Source: an uncultured virus (IMG/VR IMGVR_UViG_3300021404_000009) (taxonomy: Duplodnaviria; Heunggongvirae; Uroviricota; Caudoviricetes). From it: a DNA stretch of 64,000 nucleotides. The translations under genes and the position numbers were made by a program. The DNA lies in the IMG/VR virus record IMGVR_UViG_3300021404_000009; one strand, 5' to 3'. The notes beneath the pieces were generated by a model, which saw nothing but the letters and a program-made list of their open reading frames with translations, made no database searches and was not told where the DNA came from. The stretch's first letter is position 1. Each line of letters opens with the position of its first letter. Positions 45,048 through 55,825 of the stretch are shown in pieces.

Positions 45048-45937
45048 AGCGCGATGGCGTCCGTGAGGGTCCAGTGATCGGGCAGAGGTTGCCCGGGGTA
45101 TCCGTCGAAGTTCGACATCGAAAACGAGTCCTGCATCGCGAGCATGTCGGCTACGGTCTGGCGATCGGCCCAAAACGAGTTCGGCGGTTGGTCGAGGGCG
45201 AGCGGGCCGGTCGGGCTGTCCATCCCCCAACTCTGGAAGACGCACGCGCCGGGGATATCGGTCCGCGTGCCGACGATCAGCATGCAGTGTCCCCAGACTC
45301 CCCGGGGCCGACAGAAGCCGTTCGCGTCGCGGGTGAGCGCAAAGCCTTGGTTGGAACACCCTGGCACGGGGTAGCCGTTGGCCAGCGCGTCCTCTAGCTC
45401 CTCGTAGGTCGAGACGAGCGAGACGGTCTTGACCTTGTGGGCACCGGCTTGGGACTTAATCGCAGCAGGCACGCCCGACCGGCCCCATTCCCTGGCCCGC
45501 TGGCCGGAGTAAGGGCCGACGACGTCACGGTCCACAGTTCCGAGCGTGCTGACGGCTTTCGCCGCCCATGCCCCGACCGCACCATCGCCCCGCATGCCGC
45601 CGCCGCCGATGTCGACCCGGGCCATGCCGTAAACGGCTTCCGTGGCGGTCTGCTTGAGCGTTTCGGCTTTCTTGCCGATGGCGATCTGGACGCATTCGAG
45701 GAGGTCCGTCCCGTGGCCCCACCCCATGCTGACGCAGTCGCCGATCTGCTGGGCGGTATACGGGATGTAGTCCCCGTTCACATCCTTGAACGCCTTGTAG
45801 AGCAGGACCGTCTTGTCCGTTCCAGATCCGCTCAGGTGCGGCGCGGCCTGAGAGAACAGCGGCCGGTCCATCGTGGTCAGAACCTTGCCGACTTCGGCAG
45901 GATCATGCACCCACCCGCCAAGCGACTCGTAGTCCAT
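45044..45937 (-). CDS. Papain-like (C1 family) cysteine peptidase
   Basis: QQIGDCVSMG (oxyanion Gln and catalytic Cys), WGHCMLIVG (His), FQSWG. Confidence 0.8.
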   Translation of the reverse strand: MDYESLGGWVHDPAEVGKVLTTMDRPLFSQAAPHLSGSGTDKTVLLYKAFKDVNGDYIPYTAQQIGDCVSMGWGHGTDLLECVQIAIGKKAETLKQTATEAVYGMARVDIGGGGMRGDGAVGAWAAKAVSTLGTVDRDVVGPYSGQRAREWGRSGVPAAIKSQAGAHKVKTVSLVSTYEELEDALANGYPVPGCSNQGFALTRDANGFCRPRGVWGHCMLIVGTRTDIPGACVFQSWGMDSPTGPLALDQPPNSFWADRQTVADMLAMQDSFSMSNFDGYPGQPLPDHWTLTDAIAL

Positions 45938-46608
45938 CACTTGAGCATCCCCGCTTGGGCCGCACCGACCGTCCCGAACGCCGCGCCTTGGTCCGTTGCC
46001 TGGCCGATCAGGGCCGAGAGAGCAGCGGCGGCAGGCGTCTTGAGGCTGGCCAGAGCCGCGGGGATGTCGGCGGCTTTCAGGGTGCCGGCCGCAAGCTGCG
46101 CCTTGATCGCGGCCCACGCCGAAACGTGCGACTTGAGTTCGGCGATGGCAGCCACAGATAGGGGATCGGTGGGCGTCGGCGCGGGCGGAACCGGCACCAC
46201 CCCATCCGGCTCAACCGTGAGCTTATAAGCCCCCTTCGCGATCGCCGGCTTGCCATTCACCACGCCCAGCGCCAACGCAGAGAAGCTCGCGTCTCCGGGC
46301 TGACGGGCAACGAAGTGGACAGTACGGGAATCTGCTTCGGGCTCGAAGTCGTAGGCGTCGCCCGTCGGTGCGGTCCAGTCGATCGCCGCGCCGGGGTCGG
46401 CCGCGATGGTCAACTTGACGTGATGCCCAACCTTCGCGGTGGTCGGCCCGCTGATCGTCACGGACGGTGCGGGCACCGGCCCCGGCGGGGGCGCGGGATG
46501 CTGATGCTCATGCCAGTACCATCCGCCGGCGCCCGCCGCGGCGACGAGCACCGTGATAATCAAGAGCAGTCCCCATTTGGGGCTGGCGGGCGTAACAGGC
46601 GTGGCCAC
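45937..46608 (-). CDS. Membrane-anchored Ig/PKD-like protein
   Basis: N-terminal TM, Pro linker, ISGPTTAKVG..V.L, FVARQPG. Confidence 0.65.
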   Translation of the reverse strand: MATPVTPASPKWGLLLIITVLVAAAGAGGWYWHEHQHPAPPPGPVPAPSVTISGPTTAKVGHHVKLTIAADPGAAIDWTAPTGDAYDFEPEADSRTVHFVARQPGDASFSALALGVVNGKPAIAKGAYKLTVEPDGVVPVPPAPTPTDPLSVAAIAELKSHVSAWAAIKAQLAAGTLKAADIPAALASLKTPAAAALSALIGQATDQGAAFGTVGAAQAGMLK

Positions 46609-46719
46609 TGTTCTACTCCGGCGGCGTGATCGACCGTAGAACCGCGGCCACCCAACGGACGAACCACGGGGAGGCCGCGAGGATCAGGTAGGGATGGATG
46701 AGGAGGTGGAGGGTGGCGA

Positions 46720-47127
46720 CTAGTCTTGGCCGGGAGCTTGGAGGCCGCGGAGCAGCACGACCACGATGCAGCCGGCCATAAAGCCCGAAGTGAGTATCGC
46801 TGTCCATCGCGACACCGCCGCCCACGGGATCGGCTGGCCCGGGATTCGGGCGACGGTCAGGTGGAGGCAGCAGGCCCCGAACAGGCCCGCGAGCACGAAT
46901 GTGAAGACGGGCGTCCGGGTCTGGAGCCACAGGCCGTCTTGGCTGATAGTGGCGAAGGCGCCGCGGAGAAACTGCATCACATCGTCGTCGATGATCGCGC
47001 CGGCGGCGGCTGCGACGAACACGGCCGTATTGAGTTTGGCCATCCATGAGTCGTCAGGAAAAACCCAGCCGAGGGCGTAGGTGACGCCCATGAGGAGCCA
47101 GGAGACGACGAAGATGGTGGCGTTCAT
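46720..47127 (-). CDS. Multi-pass membrane protein (holin candidate)
   Basis: About four hydrophobic helices in 135 aa. Confidence 0.55.
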   Translation of the reverse strand: MNATIFVVSWLLMGVTYALGWVFPDDSWMAKLNTAVFVAAAAGAIIDDDVMQFLRGAFATISQDGLWLQTRTPVFTFVLAGLFGACCLHLTVARIPGQPIPWAAVSRWTAILTSGFMAGCIVVVLLRGLQAPGQD

Positions 47128-47130
47128 GGC

Positions 47131-47376
47131 TCAGGCCGATCGCCGAGCACCCGGCCCGATCATGCCGCGAAACCACAGCCGAAGGCACTCGCGGGACACC
47201 TTCAGGTCGCGGGCGATCTTCTTTAGGGGATCACCGGCCCGGCGTGCGTGCAGAGCATAAGCCCGCTTGGCGACGTGGTCGGGATCATTGAGCAGCGAGG
47301 GACGTCCACGCCGACGCGGGGCGGGACGCTCGTCAGGCGCGGCGGTCGGTCCGATCAGGCTTGCAATTGATGTCAT
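47131..47376 (-). CDS. Small HTH DNA-binding protein
   Basis: RRRGRPS hook and LKKIARDLKVSRECLRLW. Confidence 0.7.
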   Translation of the reverse strand: MTSIASLIGPTAAPDERPAPRRRGRPSLLNDPDHVAKRAYALHARRAGDPLKKIARDLKVSRECLRLWFRGMIGPGARRSA

Positions 47377-47637
47377 GCCCGGCCTCGGGAGCGTCGCGTG
47401 CGTCGCGTCACGGCCCCGCGAAAGCGTGGGCCTCTACCCTACTGCATTATTGTTGGCTATTTCATGGGCGGCATCGTTCGATGCCTCTATCACTACTATA
47501 ACGACAAATCACGTCTCACATTCGACTTGGGACGGCGACGCATTCGCCAAGCACGAATCCGTGGGTTTAGCAACATAAATCGCCAGCCTATTTCGGGAAC
47601 GGTATCATGAGAGCACCGGGCAAAGGGGGCCGGGGCA

Positions 47638-48186
47638 ATGCAGCTAACAGACTTGCACCTTGCGGCGCTCGCACTCATTACCGATCACGAACTTGCCACG
47701 ATGCCGCGCGAAGCCTTCGACGCGGCCACCGATGAAGCCACGGCGGCAGAACTGTTGACCCTCGGCCTGGTCGAAGTGTGGGATCGGGTGGCCTGCGGCT
47801 GGTCGATCGGCCGGGCCGGGTCAGAGAAAGACCCGCAGGTCATGCTCAACGGCGAGCCGCTAGAGATCCCGCAAGTCACACTGACGCCCTATGGGGCGGC
47901 CGTGATTCGGGTGGAGATCGTCGAGCGATCCATCAGCCGGCCCGTCTGGGACGATATCGGCAAGCCGATCAAGCCGTGGAAGGCCGAGATGGGCGAGCGG
48001 GAATACCCGATGCCCTATCCCGAGCGGATCATTGACCCGCGGCCAGGCCCGGCCGAGGAAGTCGAGTTGATGATGGACCCGTACACGGGCGAGGAAGTCC
48101 GGCTGTTCGCGGGGGGCGAGAGCGGACGGGGGCTTCCGGTTGTGATCGACAGACGGTTGGGCAAGGGCGGCAAGCGGGCCGGCTAG
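47638..48186 (+). CDS. Hypothetical protein (winged-helix-like N-terminus)
   Basis: ELLTLGLVEVW...VTLTPYG; TATCAT upstream. Confidence 0.6.
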   Translation: MQLTDLHLAALALITDHELATMPREAFDAATDEATAAELLTLGLVEVWDRVACGWSIGRAGSEKDPQVMLNGEPLEIPQVTLTPYGAAVIRVEIVERSISRPVWDDIGKPIKPWKAEMGEREYPMPYPERIIDPRPGPAEEVELMMDPYTGEEVRLFAGGESGRGLPVVIDRRLGKGGKRAG

Positions 48187-48414
48187 TTTTCCTAAAAGCC
48201 CGTGTTTTCACAAATTGGAAAACAGCCGATTCCAGGAAACGCCTCGGGCCACCCGTGCCCACCAGAGGGGGTCGGTACGGCCCGAAGGTGCCCGGCGTGA
48301 GATACTTTACTGCGGCCCCATCACCTGGGCCACAAAGAAGCCGGCAAAGGGTAAGCCTCGCCGGCCCCAACGGCTGATGCCGTCCACCTCCGCCATGAGC
48401 GGATTAGTTCTATT

Positions 48415-48846
48415 CTACCCTGGTGGGGAGGGGGCGGCAACGCGAGCAATCCCGGTGATCTCAGACCGAGACCGCCCCGCAAGGATGTGGCCAACTGTTC
48501 CGTGCGTACAGCCCACTCGGGCTGCAATCTCGCGGTGCGTCAGACCCTCACTGGCGAGCAGGACGATCGTCTCCGCTGAATACTTGGGGCGACGACCACG
48601 GCGGCGAGGCTGATCGACGACCCTAAAACCAGATTCTTTGATCCATTCGCCAGCAGTCGACTTGCCCCCGGTTGCCGCGTCAAGAATTGCATCCACAAGC
48701 TCACATGACGCTCGGCCGTCGACGCCGAGCGTCTTGCAAATCAGGTTGACGGCCCAATCGAACGCCTTCCAGTTTGCCGCGGCGGCATTAAACAGCCTGC
48801 ACAAGCGGCGTTTCTCCTCTAGAGAGATTACTTTCACGAGATTCAC
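48415..48846 (-). CDS. HTH DNA-binding protein
   Basis: RRGRRPKY...EGLTHREIAARVGCTHGTVGHIL. Confidence 0.7.
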   Translation of the reverse strand: MNLVKVISLEEKRRLCRLFNAAAANWKAFDWAVNLICKTLGVDGRASCELVDAILDAATGGKSTAGEWIKESGFRVVDQPRRRGRRPKYSAETIVLLASEGLTHREIAARVGCTHGTVGHILAGRSRSEITGIARVAAPSPPG

Positions 48847-49043
48847 GCTTTCAGTTTGAACGGTTCGCCCTCTGTCGTCGCCAACTCAAGGATCTTCTTC
48901 CTCAGCCTCGCGAACAGCGGCTCCCCACCCTCGCTAATCCACCAGCATCGCACCTCGTCGGGAGGATCGCCTTCAATCTCGTCGCAGACGAGCATGGTCG
49001 GGCCGCCCGATATCTTAAAACGGACGTAAGATCCTGGGGTCAT
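48843..49043 (-). CDS. DUF2158/YodC-like small protein
   Basis: PGSYVRFKISGGPTMLV...VRCWW. Confidence 0.6.
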   Translation of the reverse strand: MTPGSYVRFKISGGPTMLVCDEIEGDPPDEVRCWWISEGGEPLFARLRKKILELATTEGEPFKLKA

Positions 49044-50875
49044 GGTTCGGGTTTCCTGGATGACGAAGGCCCGGGGCTCGTCCGGTGGCTGAATACCGCA
49101 ACCTGATCCCCGAGAGCATCCCATCGGTCATATGCCGGCGAGCGAACACAGGTTGAGGACTCGCGGTCCAGCGTCTTGCCGTCGCGGGCCGCGACCAGGG
49201 ACGCCCGCACAATCGCTGTCGACTCGCTGGGAGCCCTCATGATGTACGATCGGTCCTCAGTCGTCACAAGATACGCCTTCGGCTTCACGGCTGTTCTCCT
49301 CCCCGCCCGCACGCCGGGCAACGGACCTCGCGCGAACGCTTGGTCCGATACGATGTCAACTGGCACCACGCCGAGAGCACGAAAAGCGACAGGGCCGCCA
49401 CCATGATCGGCAGCGAGTGGGCAGCCGCAGAGAAGCAGGCCAGACCGACGCCTGCCAATGCGGCGATAATGCCTATTGGCTCACGGATCATCGCTCCCCC
49501 TCCCCTATCACCACCGCCTCCACATGCGCCCAGTCCTGCCGATACCCACACCAGCACTCCCATCCATCCGCTGTAGCCACTAGATGCGCGGCGAGGGAAC
49601 TATCTCTATTCCAGCCCAGCGAGCACCTGTCTTGCCGCAAACTCGCCGGACTCCGCAATGATAATTCGCTTCGTTTCCATGAGTAAATCCAGCCGTGCGG
49701 GAAACGACCTCCTGGCCGCCAGCGTGATTGTCAGGAATGCCACCAACAGGGCTGGTGGAAGCCGGGCAGCCTCCTCGTACGCCCGCCGAAGCATCTGGTC
49801 GCACACCCCGAATTCACCGCGGCATTGCCGGTCGCCAAACTCCTCGAAGATCAGGTCAATCGCTCGCTCTTTGTGGCCCGCGTCAGCAAGCCGGAAGAGT
49901 TCTCCGAAGAAATGGTTTTTCGCCTCATTCATCTCTCTCCTCCCCGCCCGCACGCCAAAGCCTTTGCGGCCACGTTCCAATTCACATGCCCGCACGTCGG
50001 ACAAGTCCCAGGAAGGGGCCGATTGGGAGCCGGGCCGGGCGGCAGCCCAAGACGAACGAGAGCAGCGTCAGCCTCTCCGCGAGTCATGAGGCCGGCGCGG
50101 ATCATGATATCGAATCGCTCGGCCGGTGGGGCATGCCGGCCCCACTCGGATATACGGCGAATCTTCTCCGAGAACGGCACCTCTCGCCGAAACTCGCTCA
50201 TTTCCCCTCCCCCTTCCCCGCCGCCAGCACCAGCGAGTCCACATAAGCCCACTTCTGCACAATGCCGCCGCCGCGGGGACACTGCCAGCCATGCTTGGTC
50301 GCCACAACCGCGGCGCCGCACTCGCAACAAGTATACAGGTAAAACTGCCTATCGGCCTGGTAGCGGTTCAGGGCCTCCACGGTCTCGGGGGGCCAGGGGG
50401 CGGTGATGATGGTGGGGGTGGGCATGGGTGGGGGCTCCGGGGACAGTGCAGGCAATTGCCGCCGACTTCCCATGGTAACGCATAGCCGCGATGGCCACAT
50501 TCATACTTCATGCGAACCAAGACGATGCCGTCGCCGCCCACCTTCGTGCCGAATCGCGGCCGATTCATGCTGACGATCCGACGCCAAGGATATTCAAAAG
50601 GCTGAGGGTCGACAGATTCAGTCATGGGCGGGGCTCCGGGGAAAGGATTACGGCTGTTCCGTGTCGAACGTGGCCCGGCAGTGCTCGCACGTCACGCGAT
50701 CCGGGGCCGACATCCAGCCGCCGTCCCCGCCAGCATCAAGCCACTCGGCCACGTCGCCCGGAAGCTCGTCGGGGTCGATCGCTTCTGGCGCGACCGTAAC
50801 ACCGCGGACGAAGTTGTCCCGGCCGCAGTCGTCGCACGTCCACAGGAAGGCCATGTGCAACTCGACGGTCGTCAT
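49040..50875 (-). CDS. Run of small hypothetical early genes, several with Cys pairs
   Basis: Translationally coupled short ORFs such as 49606..~49932, 50198..~50426 and 50648..50875. Confidence 0.5.
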
Positions 50876-50915
50876 CGCTCATGCTCCTCTGGGGTCGGGG
50901 AAGGGGCGGGGGGGG

Positions 50916-51629
50916 TTAGGCGACGTGCGAGGCTGCGGCTAGACACTCGCGGCAGAGCCGGCGCCGTGGAGAGTAGTACTGGGCACTGGCGAATCCGCGG
51001 TGCCTCTTCCCGTGGTGCCCGCACTCCAGGACTTCAATCACGCCGCGTGGCTCGATCTCCTCAAATTCTACGATGGTCCGGCGCCCGTTCGCGGGGAGCG
51101 GCTTGGGTGGCTCGTCTTCCGAGCGGACCGGAACGCCGTAATGTGCCGCCAGCACAAGGAAGTCCCCGCTCGGCTCAACCCCACTCTCCTCGTAGCGAGC
51201 CCTCTGCTTGCGGAGCCGTCTCTGCTCGTCCCGGATCTCCCGTACCGAAGGCGTCCGCGGGGCCGGTTCGAGCTCTGGCGGCAATGCGACGGGCCTGGGT
51301 TCTGGGCGAGCGACCTTCGGCGGCTTGACCACCGGGAGCTTCCGTCGGAACGCCAGCGGCTTGCCCGCCCAAGGTGTGGCCGCCTCCGCAATGAACGCCT
51401 CTAACTCCGGCGTCGCCTCGAACCACTCGCCGTGATCCCAGATACTGGCGAACCGGGTGTGGATCTCGGTCTCTAGCAACTTCGGCCCCGACATTAGCGC
51501 GATCGGCTCGACTGAACCGGAATTGATGGCCCGGAGCCGGCGGAAACGGAGGCCCGGATCAGCGGCGGTGAAACCGATCTTGATCCGGGGCGGCGTCAGC
51601 GAGCGGATGAAGTACACTGTTCCGGCCAT
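50916..51629 (-). CDS. GIY-YIG (T5orf172/Mug113-like) nuclease domain protein
   Basis: VYFI...IKIGFT...RFRRL, LETEIHTRF...GEWF. Confidence 0.8.
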   Translation of the reverse strand: MAGTVYFIRSLTPPRIKIGFTAADPGLRFRRLRAINSGSVEPIALMSGPKLLETEIHTRFASIWDHGEWFEATPELEAFIAEAATPWAGKPLAFRRKLPVVKPPKVARPEPRPVALPPELEPAPRTPSVREIRDEQRRLRKQRARYEESGVEPSGDFLVLAAHYGVPVRSEDEPPKPLPANGRRTIVEFEEIEPRGVIEVLECGHHGKRHRGFASAQYYSPRRRLCRECLAAASHVA

Positions 51630-51920
51630 CGCATTAGTCTCCCCTTGCGCCTACGGGCGGGTCCATTCTGTGCCCTTTTTGACCCATATTCCCTCTGTTC
51701 CGCAACTAAACCATGTACCCTATCCGGTTTTCTATCCCTTATGGGCCATAGGTTTAGATGCTCCATACTAGCAAAAAGTCTGGATTTTTGCCATAGTGGA
51801 ATCGCGCGCGCCTGGACATTTTTACTACCTTTAGCGTATAGACTTAGGGCGCTAGCCGCCGCTTATCCGTTGGCGGAAAGGGCTTGCGTCCACCACGCGT
51901 CCATTTAGCGAGGCTCCGAG
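51630..51920. other. Probable attP region
   Basis: AT-rich non-coding DNA directly upstream of the integrase, with short direct repeats (GTCCA at ~51661, ~51888, ~51899). Confidence 0.55.
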
Positions 51921-53069
51921 ATGGCATCCGGCCCCCACTTCGATAAACAGCGTGGCACATATCGAGTCCAGTGGCACGACGGATACCGATGGCGGAGGCC
52001 GACGGTCCACAAGATTTCGGGGTGGAAGCCCGGCAGTCCCGAGCCGAAGAAAATCCCGCCCGAGGCGCAGGCGGCTGTCAAGATCTTCGCTGACCGGGAA
52101 CGCGCCGCGCGGTCGAATCGCCCGGTCGACCCGAGCCTGTCGGTCGTTGACTTCCTCGCAACCTACCGGATCGCCTTCTCCGTCGAGCACGCGGACGGGT
52201 CCATCATCCAACTCAACCAGGCTGTCCGCACGCTCGCGGCATGGTGCGCCGTCAATAAGGTCGTCCGCCTCGACCAGATTACTACGTCCGTCTGCCAGAA
52301 GTTCCTGGACTGGCGGGCGGCGCAGATCAGCAAGAAAACCGGGAAGCCCATCAGCCCGGGCCGGGTGAATCAAGAGCGGGCACTTCTCTCGGGGGCGTGG
52401 TCCCGGGCCGTCAAGCTCGGCGAGATGCCGGCCTCTCCCTGGAAGCCGACGACCGCGCCGGGCTGGTCCAAGGAACGGAAGAAGCGGAAAGAGCGGTCGC
52501 ACTGGACTCCCGAGCAATACGCGGCATTGATCGTGAAGACGAAGCCGTGGCTCCGGGATCTCCTCACGCTCGGGACGCAATCGGGGCTGAGGATCGCCGC
52601 TCTCTGTGGGCTGGAATGGCGCGATATCCGCTGGACGGCGAAGGATGGGCGCGGATTCGGGACAATCGTCGTCCGCCCAGAACTCGACAAGGCTGGGCGA
52701 GGCTACTCGGTGCCAATGTCCAAGACGGCTCACGACCTCCTGTTTCGGCTCTCTTCCGTGCGAAATGAAGACTGCCCGTTCGTTCTCCACTCGGCTAGAG
52801 GCCGGAAACTTCGGGTGAGCGTGACCGACCCAGCCATCCGCCGCGCCTGCCGCCGCGCCGGCCTCCGCGCCCCAAGTTCCCCGAATCACCACATGCGCCG
52901 GACGTTCGGCCGGTGGGCCGTTCTCGGCCAACTGACCAAGCGTGCGATACCTGTCTACGTTGTAATGCGATGGTTCGGGCATAGCCACATCGAAACCACG
53001 ATGAGTTATCTCGACCTCACGGACACAGACAATCAAGACTGGATGGCCGAACCCGAGTCGCGGGAGTAA
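51921..53069 (+). CDS. int: Tyrosine recombinase (phage integrase)
   Basis: SGLR (R), DKAG (K), HHMRRTF (HxxR), FGHS (H), TTMSY (Y). Confidence 0.92.
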   Translation: MASGPHFDKQRGTYRVQWHDGYRWRRPTVHKISGWKPGSPEPKKIPPEAQAAVKIFADRERAARSNRPVDPSLSVVDFLATYRIAFSVEHADGSIIQLNQAVRTLAAWCAVNKVVRLDQITTSVCQKFLDWRAAQISKKTGKPISPGRVNQERALLSGAWSRAVKLGEMPASPWKPTTAPGWSKERKKRKERSHWTPEQYAALIVKTKPWLRDLLTLGTQSGLRIAALCGLEWRDIRWTAKDGRGFGTIVVRPELDKAGRGYSVPMSKTAHDLLFRLSSVRNEDCPFVLHSARGRKLRVSVTDPAIRRACRRAGLRAPSSPNHHMRRTFGRWAVLGQLTKRAIPVYVVMRWFGHSHIETTMSYLDLTDTDNQDWMAEPESRE

Positions 53070-53263
53070 GCCTCGGCAGGCCATCGCCGATTGTCGACGT
53101 AGAACTGATAGTGCTTGCGAAGCCATAGCGCGACGCGAGGCCCGACCCGGGAGTGAGGCGGCGGGAACGATCCGTCGGCAATCCTGCGGTCCAACGTCTT
53201 GCGGTCGACGCACAGTTCGCGGACCAGCTCAGATTTATTGATGAACGTGCCACCCGTCGCCAC
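53033..53263 (-). CDS. AlpA/excisionase-like HTH protein
   Basis: ELVRELCVDRKTLDRRIADGSFPPP..RVG.RVALW; convergent with int. Confidence 0.75.
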   Translation of the reverse strand: MATGGTFINKSELVRELCVDRKTLDRRIADGSFPPPHSRVGPRVALWLRKHYQFYVDNRRWPAEAYSRDSGSAIQS

Positions 53264-53337
53264 TCGTTCTCCCCTCCCCTCTCCAACCCCATGCCCGCGA
53301 TGGATCGCCGCCCACGAATGGGAGGTGATACGGTGGT

Positions 53338-55246
53338 TTATGCGTAGAAAGGTGCCAGCGAGTGCGGCCACGCCATCTTGCGTGGCGGCGGGTCGATGCG
53401 ATAACCCATGAATTTGTCCTCTTGCTTCGCAATGGCGGCTGAGAGCATGAGGAGTTCCCCGCCGTCCATGCGGGCGAGAATCGCCGGCTCACCGCAGACG
53501 GTGAACTCGCCGATCTGCCGAATCTCGTAACCTTCGATCCAAAGGAGCGGCCGAGGCGGGCCGTCCTCATGCGGCCAGTTAGTCATAACCTCGACGCCGA
53601 CCCTCACTAGTTCGGCCTTGAACTCATCGAACGTGCCGCGATAGGCAAAGACGTTGGGCCACCCCTCGGGCACGCCGGTAACAAGCCGCTTCACCGCGGC
53701 GATGATTTCGGCCGTAGTCGGCGTCTTGTACGCCCCCTGGGCAGTCCAGTTGGTCGCGTTGCCGTTATTCAATAACATAGTCACTTCTCCTCTTGTTCGC
53801 TCACCTTCCGCCACTTCTTCGTCGCTTCACACGCCCTCGGATAAATCTCACTCGCCCGCTCGATCGCCGCCCGATGCTCAGCCCAAAGACGGGACTGGAA
53901 AGCGTGGAGGGCAGAGGCTAAGGTGGTATAAGCCTCGGCGATCGGCAGACGCGATGTCGTTTGGCCTTCACTGTCGGTCTTCCATGCGTACCGGCCGCGC
54001 GAGTGGTCGTTCTCGGCGGTCCATAGAACGTCCGGGAACTCTTCGCCGTCCTCGCTCCACAGCGTCATCCCCACCTCGAATTTCACTCCATCAGCGGTCA
54101 TCGGCTCGTTCATGCGATTATATCTCCTGTGTGTTCGTCCCCGCGCCGCGACGGCGGGACGGGCGGGGTGTGGACGGATTTAGTCCAAGTTGTCCATATC
54201 TTCCTGGATCGCCTCGGCTGGCGAATCGCCATCATTGAAGTGCTCACGCCAGCACTCGGCGCCGCACCCCTTGATCGCTCCGGTCGGCCCATAGGAATCG
54301 CCGGCCAGTCGATCCAACTCGGCCGCCCACGGCTCCCAATCCATCGGGGCGATCGAGCCGGCTCGAATTCGGGCCTCGACTTGGCCGCGCGGTGTCGACA
54401 GTTCCCACGGCTGGCCACTGATCTCGGTCACCAGTTTTTGCGCCTCGGTGTCGCGCTCGCACGCGCGGCCTACGAGGTAGGACCAAATCTCGGGCCACCC
54501 TTCGATGAATCGATTGCTCATGACGTCCTCGGTAATGGTTTTCATCTGTCTTCACTCCCCTCGGCCCCGCCGTCCCCGCGCCCGGGATCGCCGGCACGGG
54601 CCAGATAGACCACGGCAAACTTGCGGAACGTCCGTGCCACCACGCGACAGCGGTGCTCGTCCCCGCGAGCGTTGATCCTGTTCGCCCACTCGTTCGCGTA
54701 GCTATCCCAGCGAACGGCTTCTGCCTCAATCTCCCCCGCAATCTCCTCGCGAACCCGCCGCTCGACGGCCGCGGGGAGCGTGCGGAGCAGGGCCAAAAGG
54801 GTTGGCGCGGCGGCCATGAGGCGGGCGTTGGGCAGATCGTAGTCATCGATGCTATAGGCCATATCGGCGATATCGCAGATGTTTGTGTCGCCAGCATGGA
54901 CGCCCAAACTGATCCATCCTGGCTCATAATCGACCTCCCACGGCCCCGGCGTATGCCCCTCAAACTGCTTCAGATCCACCCCCTCGACCGTCGTCCGCCG
55001 GGCCTCGGCCAGCGAGGCGCGCAGTTCGTCTATGAGTCGGTCCTTGTTGTTGATCGCGTTGAGTTGGGCGCAGTTGTCGTTAAAGAGCGACTCCACTTCG
55101 TCGACAAGCCGGAGGACATGGCCGCGGCATCGCCGCGCCGCCTCGATCTCGTCATCCCGAGCGTGCGACCCGATCATCGCTTTCTGTGCATCGCCGATAA
55201 TCGCATCTAGGTCCAGGGGCTCGGCCGGGCGGGGGTCAGGATTCAT
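53338..55246 (-). CDS. Four hypothetical early genes (53338..53778, 53781..54113, 54180..54545, 54542..55246)
   Basis: Tandem ORFs with RBSs; the last has the common phage HTPGPW...NARLMAAAP domain. Confidence 0.6.
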
Positions 55247-55267
55247 GGCGTGGGGGACTCCGCAGCG

Positions 55268-55825
55268 TCAAGGATTGGCTTCAAAGAATGCCTTTGCGAA
55301 GCCGGGCGGCGTCGCACTCCGGCCGTTCTTGTCCCGGCCGCTCATGCGGTGCATCTTGCTCCCCTCGGTCGGCGCCACACTGACAGCCGAGGGGCAGAGT
55401 ATCGGAGTGGGCGGCGTGAAGTTTCCCCAGAGCCAGGTCCGCTTCGTGTATGGGTCGCCAAAGTCGCACGGATCGAAGCGGAACTTGGGCGGCCCGAGAT
55501 AATCTTTGAGGCGGCCGACCGGGTTTTCGAGAACCCACCATTCGGGGCGATAGATCGCCACGGCGCGAAGGCATGCATCAACAACCGACATCGCGGCCAC
55601 AAGCCGATCCTCGCCCTTCTCGGACCACCACCGCGCCCCGCTCCTGGCGAATTCCGTGCAGGGCGGCGCGGCGAGAATCCCCTGGACCGGGCAGGGCTGA
55701 TGCCGCACCAGCCTTACGTCCTGGCCGCGCTGTAGATCGATCACGACGACCTCGTAGCCGGCATCAGCGTAGGGACGGCTCCAGTTTCCGGTGTAGTCGC
55801 AGAGGCTGAGGATCAAGCCCCTCAC
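55268..55825 (-). CDS. Compact C5-cytosine DNA methyltransferase-like protein
   Basis: ILSLCDYTG, ILAAPPCTEF (motif IV), WVLENP (motif VI), TKRTWLWG. Confidence 0.8.
   Translation of the reverse strand: MRGLILSLCDYTGNWSRPYADAGYEVVVIDLQRGQDVRLVRHQPCPVQGILAAPPCTEFARSGARWWSEKGEDRLVAAMSVVDACLRAVAIYRPEWWVLENPVGRLKDYLGPPKFRFDPCDFGDPYTKRTWLWGNFTPPTPILCPSAVSVAPTEGSKMHRMSGRDKNGRSATPPGFAKAFFEANP

Noticed and set aside
51852..53213. 453-aa ORF antisense to the integrase
   Set aside because: No recognisable motifs; a typical high-GC shadow ORF, unlike the HNH case which has a clear domain and RBS.
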